Shown here: in pieces, positions 46,354-57,423 of the stretch
Position numbering within the stretch: position 1 is the first letter of the stretch
How the letters are laid out: every line of letters starts with the position of its first letter
From: Macrostomum lignano
Lineage: Eukaryota
Assembly: GCA_002269645.1 (NCBI GenBank)
Contig: NIVC01001147.1
Span: 124,001 to 188,000 of the forward strand
Length of the DNA: 64,000 nt
Reading direction: 5' to 3'
Position numbers and translations under genes: made by a program
Notes under the pieces: model-generated
Seen by the model: only the letters and a program-made list of their open reading frames with translations
Database searches by the model: none
Told to the model about the DNA's origin: nothing

Positions 46354-47685
46354 GAATTTTTAAGTTAATGATGAAGCAGAGCACGGAGTCGAACCCATAG
46401 GCACTCTGACATGTAAAATCCACTATAGTTTTTTTTCCACCGCCTCTCCGCCGCGCTCCTCACTGGGCCAATTATCCCCCGAAAAGATTTTGCTAGCCTC
46501 CTAAGAAAAACTAGAAAAAAACTCAGCAAAAGTTTGTGAAAGCAAAAAAAGCATTAGCACAACAAACAGCGCGGCAGAACCCATCAAAGTGTTGTGGAGT
46601 CCACTCGGAAGCAGAATTGGATGAAGGAGAAAGGTGGCATATAGAGGATAAGGGTCGGAGGCTGGGGGCGGATAGACATGGACGCGATCTTCCTGTCTCC
46701 GGGGGATGCCCCGCCCCAGCTACCAAGGAGCTATACAACAAGCACCTAATTGCCTTCCAGGTGCTTTGCACTTGGCCAGGATTCTTCGAGGCAAGCATTT
46801 TCCACCCCTCCCGCCCCCTCCTAAGCATATCTATGCTTAATTATCGGCCTGGTTTCCTACGCGGATGCTGCAGATGAAGCCAGCTTCCGTGCTAAGTGCC
46901 CATGGTTATTCGTACGTGCCAGAGACTATATATGCATATATACTGGTTACCCAAAGCCCAGAGGCTCTTGTCAGTTTATTCAGACCCGCCCTCTTGAATG
47001 GCACAGACAGCGGAATGATGAAGCAGATTGGCGCACGGAGCCCCTCTGTCAGCTGGTCTCCAGCCTCCTCCCCGGTGCTGCCACTTATTCTCCAAGCGCC
47101 AAGGTTCAATGGCGGCGGGTGGGAATAGCAGGGGGTGGGGTTTAGGCATGGGGAAAAGCCAGAAAAGGGGGTTAGGAAAGGGAATTCACAACAGGTGACT
47201 CTCTGTTCGCTGTAGCCCAGAAATTCCCCTCCGACTGTCTTATCTATCAGCTCCATCGCATCTCCGCCTGAACTGCAGGGCTACCATACTGATCGAGCTC
47301 TGCTATCCTTCAATTTTGCTTCCGTTCGCATTGAATCCGGGGCCATCATGGCTCTCTGCTGGGCCGCCGCTCCACCCCCCTCATTGCATGCCCAATTTCT
47401 GCAGGAAGTGAAACGTCGGAAGTTGGTAGAAAAAAATCAAAAGGGGAGCTTTGCCAGAGCATCCCAGAGGCAGCTCCTACCTTAGTAGCTGGAACCGGAG
47501 CAGCCCGTACAAGTGTCTAGTCTGTCGCTACTGTCAGGCTACTGTCAGTAGTAATTTAAATCAATTTACTTTTACTGCGTGTGTTTTAAATATTTGATAA
47601 AAAATCTGCATTTTTTATTACCTTGTTAGAATTATCCATTTTGTATGTATTTTAATGTTTTATTCAATTAAATTTTGAATCAATA

Positions 47686-47985
47686 GGGTTGTAGCCTAGT
47701 GGTTAGAGCGTCGGACTTACGACTGAGCGGTCGGGGTTCGATTCTCGACCCACTTGAAACAATTTGGGTCCTTGAGCAAGACACTTAGCTCTGCATTGCT
47801 TCAGTTCACCCAGCTGTAAAATGGGTGCCAGCATAAGCTGGGGTAATTGAGGGTGTTGTGCCGACCGCCCAGTCCTTGGACTGAACAGCCGTACGCAGCC
47901 TTCAGATGCGCCGCGCTATAGCTGTTCGTTTCTGGCTGAGCTGTCGGTTGCACATCTGCTCATTAGGACAGGTGTAATAAAAAAA
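47686..47985 (+). mobile_element. tRNA-derived SINE with CORE (MIR-like) domain, copy 2
   Basis: Colinear with 12882-13180 over about 290 bp; A-rich tail. Confidence 0.88.
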
Positions 47986-48759
47986 TCGATAACAGAAAGT
48001 CAGATACGCGTACACATACTCGTAGGTACTCGTAGGTAGGTAAGTAGGCAGGTAGGTAAGGTAGGTAAGGAACATGTACATGCTCGGTGGAGCCACATGC
48101 AATGAACTATCCATCACCTAACAAACAATTCAACAAATTTGATTGGTTTTTTTCCTTATTTATTCTACTAACTTCAGATCTCTGTTTAGTAGTTGCAAAT
48201 GCGTATTGCTAATTGTTTTTGCGATTATTAGTTAAATTAAAAGAGCTCGTCGAACTCGAGAAGCTCGACTTAAGGTCCAAATTAGTGGTTTTTAATTATT
48301 TTATAGGTAGGTTAGTAACTCTTGGTATGGTAAGCTTAACTGGTAAGAATTCTCTGATTTCCGCCATCATGACAATGTATACCGCGCGATACGAAATGCT
48401 GCTGTTTAAATACCGGACGGCCTATCGGAATTCTTTGAGACACCCTCGAGGGTGCTTCAGGTGCTTCAGCTTGCGCCGTTTCTGTTCGTTCTGTTGCTTG
48501 ACTGGGTCGTGCTCTGCGTGCCGGGCGACATCGGAGGCTGCGATTTTGTGCCGAGGCGCAGATGGACAGGCGCGGATAGTATACGGATTTATAGCCGTCA
48601 ATGCTGTGTTCTAATTATTTTAGTTGGAGTTAGATAATTAGAATTAACATTAATTATATTCTAACTAACCAAATAGCAGATAGTATAGCAAAGCTAGAAT
48701 AAAGCGGATAAACATTTTGCTGGTAAAATTTAAAAAATTCTGCTCATTTCACGACTGAA

Positions 48760-48945
48760 TATGGCCGCAGCTTATAATTAGAGCGTCGACAACCATTGTT
48801 TGTGGCAAGGCAACCTAACTCTGCACACGAATACATCGAAGGGGCTTGGGCGGATGTTAAGGCTAAGTTCCGTAACATGTACGGCACCAGCGAGAGGCCT
48901 TATGCTTATTTGAACGAGTACCTCTGGCGCCGTCTTTGCCGACTT
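48760..48945 (+). pseudogene. Merlin/IS1595(ISXO2)-like DDE transposase C-terminal relic
   Basis: VDNH..LHTNT, then a 1-nt frameshift into IEGAWADVKAKFRNMYGTS..YLNEYLWRR; matches the recalled ISXO2/Merlin motif HTNxIExxW..YLxEFxWR. Confidence 0.65.
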
Positions 48946-51109
48946 ATAAGTTTTTCGTTATTTTTTGTTCTGTTTTTTTCCATTAATACTTTGTTTAGTG
49001 AGGTAGGCGGACTATTGACTTGTTTGGAGTGACTTGTTTTAACGTACTGACTCGATTTTTAAATTGAAAATAATTTAACGCGGCCCGGCGCTCAAGTGGT
49101 GGTGAATAATCTACTGATCCGATTAATACAAACACATTTTGGAAGCAAATATCTCAGGAAATACGAAAGGCAATCATGTGTCTAAGATGTCATTGCAAAG
49201 CTGAGACATGCGTCAAGAAGTGATAAAAGTTTCAGAGCAAATGATTAAAGCATAGAGACGCAGCGATTAATCAAACTTTTTGTTGATAAACTATCCCCAT
49301 CCAAGATCAACCAAAACTTTGATTTAGGGGCCTACTTCTACTTCTCATTCTTAATAACTAAGTATGACCTAGGCCTAGGGCCTAGGCTATGTAATTTTCT
49401 TTTTATGTCAAATATGATTATAATTTATACATAGGCCTACACATAAACCTAGACATGGTCATTTGTATTATAGGCCTATACAAATACAAAAATTTTGACA
49501 AATAAGACTTAGGCCTAGGTAATAATTTCATATTTATAACACAATATAAGAGGTATGAATATATATGTAAATATGAGTATATACATGCATTAAATCAAAA
49601 TAATTTAATGAACAAAACTATAGTTGTAGGCCTATTCACCCTACTGTATATATTATATATTAAAGTGTTTTTACCTACTTTTATTTTTCATGCATAGTGA
49701 CCAGACCACAACCAAGAGCAAAAGGGTGAGGATAGTCACATCTTAGATAGAAACTAGAAAAAAATCAAGGGGGCAAGCAAGCATAGGCCTATTTTGCCAA
49801 AATATAGAGCTATATCCTAGCTTTGGCCCCCTTTGGCTTTGGGTATTTACCTTCCAAATTCCACCTCTCAACAAATTTCTAGTTGTGCTATTAATAGTAA
49901 CCAAATGCCTTTTTGCAATTACCAAAAAATTATTTAATAATATTCTATCAATTTATTAAAAATCAACAGTTAATTCTATAAATCTTTTAATAGCTTCCAT
50001 GACTTTTTTAAGATGCTTCTAAAAAGTCTATAGCTCTAGTCTAGCAATCTTTTTGGAATCCTTTCCATTACCTACAAATAGCAACATAGATCTATTACAC
50101 ACTTGGCACTTGGCAGGCTTTCTTTATATGCATATATATAGAAGTAAAAGTCTAGGTCTATAGGAAGTTAAAACTTGGCAATAATAAGGGCTAGATATCT
50201 TATCATTACCCTAGAAATAGCAAAATTTGGCCATCAAAAATGCCCTTTCAAGCAAGTTGACTTTTATACTAGCCTTAATAAAAATAGATAGGCATTATTA
50301 GCTATCATTATCAAAAGCTTTTTGATTATCCTTTTTCAAATCTTCCTATGCTTAACTATTTTAAAAGAAAATTGAATCAAAATTTGTATATAAACTTTAG
50401 ATAACCTCTTGTCACTAATATTCACTGTTCACTAATATATATAGCTTACTAAAGCAAAAACAAAAAAGTAGTTTAATATTTCAATGCACATATACAATTA
50501 AACAATAGTTGAAAAAAATTTCCTATATACTAAAAATGAGTTGTCTGTGGGTATGCGATAGATTTCAGAAAAATTGGCTCAACCAATTTTCTTCAAACTT
50601 GCACCATTCGATCAGAAATTTTCCTGGCACGGTACATGCATATTGGCTAAGAAATTGCTCAATGTTAAAGGGATTAAATATTCGAAAAACATGCTTTTTT
50701 ACAAAGGTCAAGCAGCTCTTTCGACCTGAAATGCATTGTAAGAATGCTAGAGAAAAAACTGACTGACTGAATTCCAATTGTGATAAAGATTGCATCACAA
50801 CAAGTTGAAAACAGTACCGAAGAAATGCACACACGACTTGATTTAAATTGCGTAACCATATTGCTAACTTAAATTAAGACTGATACTGGCTGACTAAGAA
50901 ATTGATTATGTCATAACTTTCTACTCCAATTGACTTGCTATAAGAATTGAATTATAAGGGCCACAATTCATGTTCTCCAATTGAAAAGAGATAGTCCTGA
51001 TGCAAACAGACTGGAATGCTAATGTAGCAACCTGGGTTCGAATCTTAGTAGTGCAAAAAAGATTTTTTTTATTAAAACACCTTAAAAACACAAAACTGCT
51101 AAACATAAA

Positions 51110-53210
51110 AGAAGCGCAATGTCAAACACAGAAGAGCCACCATGTCAAACATTAAAGAGCCAACATATCGAACATAAAAGAGTTACCATGTCAAACATAA
51201 AAGAGCCACCATGTCAAACCTAAACGAGCCACCATGTCTAATACCACCTCTCATATTTAAGAGGCACCATGTAAAACATATAAGTGACTTTATGTCAAAC
51301 ATAAAAGAGCCACCATTTCGAACATTAAACAGCCACCATTTCGAACATTAAAGAGCCACCAGGTCCAACATAAAAGAGCCACTATTTCGAACATTAAAGA
51401 GCCACCATTTCGAACATTAAAGAGCCACCATGTCGACCATAAAGGAGCTAACATGTCAAACATAAAAGAGCTAACATGTCAAACATAAAAGAGCTAACAT
51501 GTCAAACATAAAGAGCCACCATGTCAAACATTTAAGAGCCACCATGTCAAACATATATGTGACTTTGTGTCAAACATTAAAGAGCCACCATTTCAAACAT
51601 TAAAGAGCCACCATTTCAAACATTAAAGAGCCACCATTTCGAACATTAAAGAGCCACCATGTCAAACATGAAAGAGCTATAACATGAACAATATTAAAGA
51701 GCCACCATGTTGAACATAAAAGAGCCGCCATGTAAAATATTAAAGAGCTACCATGTTAAACATAAAAGAGCCACCATGTAAAACATTAAAGAGCCACCAT
51801 GTCAAACATTCAAAAGCCACATTGTCAAATATTAAAGAGCAAGAGCCACTATGTCAAACATTTAGGAGCCACTTTGTCAAACATTAAAGAGCCACCATGT
51901 CAAACATAAAAGAGCCAACATGTCAGACATTAAAAAATCCACCGTATTAAATATAAAAGAGTTACCATGTAGAACAAAAAAGAGCCACCATTTTGAACAA
52001 AAAAGAGCCACCATGTCAAACATAAAAGAGCCAACATGTCAAACATTTATGTGACTTTATGTCAAATGTTAAAGAGCCACCATTTCGAACATAACAGAGC
52101 TACCATGTCAAACATTAAAGAGCCACCATGTCAAACATAAAAGAGCCACCATGTCAAACATTAAAGAGCCACCATGTCGAACATTAAAGAGCCACCATGT
52201 CGAACATTAAAGAGCCACCATGTCGAATATTAAAGACCACCATGTCAAACATTAAAGAGCCACCATGTCAAACATTAAAACTCACCATGTTAAACAATAA
52301 AAAGCCACCATATCAAGCATAAAAGAGCCACCATGTCAAACCTAAAAGAGCCACCATGTCGAAAATTTAAGAGCCAAAATTTAGAATATAAAAGAGCCAC
52401 CATGTGTACCATATAAGTGACTTTATGTCAAACATTTAAGAGCCACCATGTTAAACCTAAAAGAGCCACCATGTTAAACCTAAAAGAGCCATAATGTCAA
52501 ACATTAAAGAGCCACCATGCCACACATAAGGGAGCCACCATGTCCAACATATATGTGACTCCATGTCAAACATTTAAGAGCCACCATGTCAAACATTAAA
52601 GAGCCACCATGTCAAACATTAAATGGCCACCATGTCGAACATAAAAGAGCCACCATGTCAAACATTAAATGGCCACCATGTCGAACATAAAAGAGCCACC
52701 ATGTCAAACATATATGTGACTCCATGTCAAACATAAAAGAGCCACCATGTTAAACATTAAAGAGCCACCATGTCAAACATATACGTGACTCCATGTCAAA
52801 CATAAAAGAGCCACTATGTTGAACATTAAAGAGCCACCATGTCAAACATATATGTGACTTATGTCGAAAATTAAAAAGCCATCATGTCAAACACAAAAAA
52901 GCTACCATGTCAAACATAGAAGAGACACCATATCAAACATAGAAGAGCCACCATGTAAAACATTAAAGAGCCACCATGTCGAACATTAAAGAGCCATCAT
53001 GTAAGACATAAAAGAGCCATCATGTCAGACATAAAAGAGCCACCATGTCGAACATAAAAGAGCCACCATGTGAAACATATATGTGACTCCATGTCAAACA
53101 TTAAAGAGCCATCTTGTCGAACACAAAAAAGCCACCATGTCAAACATTTATGAGCCACCATTTCAAACATAAAAGAGACACCGTTTCAAACATAAAAAGA
53201 AGTGTCATGC
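51110..53210. repeat. Degenerate 23-bp minisatellite ATGTCAAACAT(T/A)AAAGAGCCACC, about 2.1 kb
   Basis: Period 23 (e.g. ATG at 52105 and 52128); many substitutions suggest an older array. Confidence 0.93.
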
Positions 53211-53269
53211 CAAACAAAATGGAGCCACTATAAAGCTAAGGATATTGTTGCACTATCTACTTGTTCTCT

Positions 53270-53660
53270 GGTGGATGCTTGCTATTTAAGGATGGATGCT
53301 TGCTATCAGTGGATGCTTGCTATCAGGGGGATGCTTGCTATCGGAAGGATGCTTGCTACTGGGGTAACTTGCTATTGGGAGATGCTTGCTCTTGGGGGGG
53401 GGGTGGTGGAGGGTACTTGCTATCTGAGAGGGGGTTGCTAGATATCTATAAGGTATCTTTGTATCCAGGTTCTGCTTGCTATCTGGGGTTTCTTGCGGTC
53501 TGGGGGATGCTTGCTATCTGGGGGATGCTTGCTATCGGGGGGATGCTTGCTATCTGGGGTTGCTTGCTATCGAGGGTTGCTTGCTATCAGGGGATGCTTG
53601 CTCTCTGGGGGATGCTTGCTATTTGGGGATCGATGCTTGAATGCTGTCTGAGGATGCTTG
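53270..53660. repeat. Degenerate repeat of about 18 bp, GGATGCTTGCTATCTGGG
   Basis: Seen directly. Confidence 0.85.
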
Positions 53661-54079
53661 CTGTCTTGGGATGTTTTGTTTTTAGAGGGATTGTCTTTAG
53701 TTTTTTATGAAGGCTTTGTTTCGCTGTCTATTTGTTTTTTATAAAGAACAAGGATTCTATCCAGATGTCCCCCATCGGGGGCGAAGATTGCTAGTAATTT
53801 TCTATATCTAGGTAAAATTTAATTGAGTTTTAGCTCAACAAACTATAAAAGGATGCTAAATAATAGTAATAGATCAAAATTATTTTTAGTTGGTTTCTAG
53901 CATTCATATATAAGACAAAAACTAATAATTTAGATAGTTAGATAATTTAAAATCTTTGTATTTATGAGGATGGCTTCTGTTGCACCTGTTTAGGTATTTA
54001 GCACTAATTAGCTGGCGAGGCATTTATGATTTAAAGATCAATATATATTTCACCATTTATAAAAAGTAGTCAATGGTAG

Positions 54080-54290
54080 GGGGGGCTGTGTGCTCAACTG
54101 GCAAGAGGCATTGCTGCCCATTCCACCGACTCCCCTGAGCAAGTACACAAGCGCATGGATATGTATGCAGTCAGGCACAAGCACACATACAGGAGTGTAC
54201 AGCGGCCCTAACTTTATTTATCGTTAGGCATGTACACTTGTGCCAAACAACAGCAGACCCAAGCCGAGATTCCAATTTAGCCTCAAATTA
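54080..54290 (-). mobile_element. Headless (5'-truncated) copy of the second SINE family, just upstream of RAE1
   Basis: Shares GAGGCATTGCTGCCCATTCC.CCGACTCCCCTGAGCA, GGAGTGTACAGCGGCCCTAACTTTATTTATCGTTAGGCATGTAC and CCAAGCCGAGATTCCAATTTAGCC with 58330-58689. Confidence 0.8.
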
Positions 54291-54323
54291 AATCTCAATC
54301 AATTTCTACTCAATTTCTCAGCA

Positions 54324-55520
54324 ATGTTTGGCACAACCGCTGCCAGACCAATCAGCGCCTTCGGGACGCCAACTGTTCAAGACAATCAGGATATTGAGGT
54401 GGTTAATCCCCCGGATGATACGGTGACAAGTTTGCATTTTACTCCGGCGTCGGGGGCCAGTTATTTGCTGTCAACCTCCTGGGACGGTCAGGTTCGCTGC
54501 TACGAGATTGCTGGCACAGGGCAGAGCCAGTTGAAGGCGTCGCAAGCTAATCAGGGACCGCTGTTCGACGGCTGCTGGAGTCCCGATGGCACCAAGGTGA
54601 GAGTTGGTGACGTGAATTGTACAAGCTTAGATCTCAGTTGAAATGCCAAGAGCCAAATTATGCTGAATGAAATCCATGTAATTTCAGGTGTTCACCGCAG
54701 CAGCTGACAAATTCGCTTGGATGTGGGACCTGCAGTCGAATTCCTACAACCAGGTGGCGCAGCACGATCAGCCGGTGAAATTCTGCAAACTGGTTACTAG
54801 TCCGCAGTATACCTGCTTAGTAACTGGTAGCTGGGATAAAACTATAAAATTTTGGGATCTTCGTTCGCCTAATCCTATGTTGAGCTTTTCGCTGCCGGAG
54901 CGAGTGTACTGCGCTGACATTGTCTACCCCGTGGCCGTTGTCTGCACCGCCAACAGACACGTAAGCCTGGCTGGGGGCAGAGGGTGTGACAGGCTGCCTG
55001 TCCCAGAGAGAGAGAGAGTAGGACAGGCTGCCTGTCCCAGAGAGAGAGAGAGTAGGACAGACTGCCTGTCCCAGAGAGAGAGAGTAGGACAGGCTGCTTG
55101 TCCCAGAGAGAGAGAGAGAGTAGGACAGGCTGCCTGTCCCAGAGAAAGAGAGAGAGAATAGGACAGGCTGCCTGTCCCAGAGAAAGAGAGTGAGAGTAGG
55201 ACAGGCTGCTTGTCCCAGAGAGAGAGAGAGAGAGAGAGTAGGACAGGCTGCCTGTCCCAGAGAGAAAGAGAGAGAGTAGGACAGACTGCCTGTCCCAGAG
55301 AGAGAGAGAGAGAGAGTAGGACAGGCTGCTTGTCCCAGAGAGAGAGAGAGAGTAGGACAGGCTGCCTGTCCCAGAGAAAGAGAGAGAGAATAGGACAGGC
55401 TGCCTGTCCCAGAGAAAGAGAGAGAGTAGGACAGGCTGCCTGTCCCAGAGAGAAAGAGAGAGAGTAGGACAGGCTGCCTGTCCCAGAGAGAGAGAGAGAG
55501 TAAGACAGACTGCCTGTCCC

Positions 55521-55551
<31 letters not shown>

Positions 55552-56720
55552 GACAGGCTGCCTGTCCCAGAGAGAAAGAGAGAGAGTAGGACAGACTGCC
55601 TGTCCCAGAGAGAGAGAGAGAGAGAGTAGGACAGGCTGCTTGTCCCAGAGAGAGAGAGAGAGAGTAGGACAGGCTGCCTGTCCCAGAGAAAGAGAGAGAG
55701 AATAGGACAGGCTGCCTGTCCCAGAGAAAGAGAGAGAGAGTAGGACAGGCTGCTTGTCCCAGAGAGAGAGAGAGAGAGAGTAGGACAGGCTGCCTGTCCC
55801 AGAGAGAAAGAGAGAGAGTAGGACAGACTGCCTGTCCCAGAGAGAGAGAGAGAGAGAGAGTAGGACAGGCTGCTTGTCCCAGAGAGAGAGAGAGAGTAGG
55901 ACAGGCTGCCTGTCCCAGAGAAAGAGAGAGAGAATAGGACAGGCTGCCTGTCCCAGAGAAAGAGAGAGAGTAGGACAGGCTGCCTGTCCCAGAGAGAAAG
56001 AGAGAGAGTAGGACAGGCTGCCTGTCCCAGAGAGAGAGAGAGAGTAAGACAGACTGCCTGTCCCAGAGAGAGTAGAACAAGGTGCCTGTCTCTCTCTGTC
56101 TCTCTCATAGGAAGGTACGAGATGTATAATCTCTGCCATAGAGACAGCCAAGCAATCTGCCAGCCCCGCCACATCCGCAGGTGATGGTGTACAGCCTGGA
56201 GGGCACGCCCACCCAAGTGAAGCAGCTGCAGTCGCCGTTAAACTTTCAAACCCGCTGCGTGCGCGTGTTCATGGACAAGATTAACCGCGCCAGACCCACT
56301 GGATTCGCCATCGGCAGCATCGAGGGCCGCGTTGGCATTCAATACTTTGAGCCTACTCAGCCTAGAGACAATTTCACCTTCAAATGTCACCGACAGGCTG
56401 GGGCCTCGAATTTCCAAGAAATCTACGCCGTACACGACCTGGTGTTCCATCCGCAGCACGGCACCCTGGCCACGGTGGGAGGCGACGGGCGCTACGTGTT
56501 CTGGGACAAGGACGCCAGGACTAAGCTAAAGAATTCCGAACAGCTAACCCAGCCGGTCACGTGCTGCAATTTCGATCCGAGCGGATCCGCTTTCACGTAC
56601 GCGATTGGCTACGATTGGTCCAGGGGCTACGAGGGTAACGACATTAATAGGAAGCCGAAAATTTATCTGCACAAGTGCGGCGACGAGGTCAAGCCGAGCA
56701 ATCAGTTGGGCAAGAAATAA
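54324..56720 (+). CDS. RAE1: mRNA export factor Rae1/Gle2 (WD40); exons 54324-54596, 54688-54960, 56181-56720
   Basis: [102 protein letters not shown]; about 361 aa; both introns phase 0. Confidence 0.97.
54988..56075. repeat. Composite minisatellite GACAGGCTGCCTGTCCCA(GA)nGTAG (RAE1 intron)
   Basis: Fixed palindromic module plus a variable-length (GA)n. Confidence 0.96.
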
Positions 56721-57004
56721 CCGCTTTTTTACGGCGCTATTCGCTACTGTCTACTGATCTTAAGCTGAGTAGTACAGTATGCAAGTTGGCACTGTTTGTC
56801 AAGTTTAAAGTTTGATGCAATTTCATTTTAATAAAAATTGTGAAATATTTCAATACAAGCCGTCATAATTTGTTCATTGCCGACATTGTCTTTTAATTCT
56901 CTTTGGCTGCTATGTTCGCTAAAATATGTTTTCAGAAAATAAACTTTCTGTCTTATTTCTGTCTTTTCTGAAGACGGGTCACCGCCGCCGCAAGCCTCTC
57001 AAAT

Positions 57005-57225
57005 CCCCAGTTGCTTTGCCTGCCTCCCAGATCCCCAGTTGCTGGGCCAGCCTCCCAGATCCTCAGTTGCTGTGCCAGCCTCCCAGATCCCCAGTTGCTA
57101 AGCCAGCCTACCAGATCCTCAGTTGCTGGGCCAGCCTCCCAGAGTGTCAGTTGCTGGGCCAGCCTGCCAGATCCACAGCTGCTGGGCCAGTCTTCCAGAT
57201 CCTCAGCTGCTAGACCCCCTGCCAG
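57005..57225. repeat. 28-bp minisatellite CAGTTGCTGGGCCAGCCTCCCAGATCCT
   Basis: Between the convergent 3' ends of RAE1 and the C2 gene. Confidence 0.9.
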
Positions 57226-57423
57226 ATCCTTAGGCTCTGAACCAACTTCCCATACACTATCTCAATCAAAATGATCGAAAACATCGAATGGACACAGAAC
57301 AGAAGCACGGATATTCAGCAAGGCTGGCGCGGTCAATAAGACATTGTTAATCAAGCGACTCTTTATCGTGTAAGCTTAACATTCCGGTCAGAGATTAGCC
57401 TCCCGGATGCGTGTTAGCCGGAG

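Noticed and set aside
54817-56216. Three minus-strand ORFs over 400 aa (SLSL-rich)
   Set aside because: Antisense translation of the RAE1 intron array.
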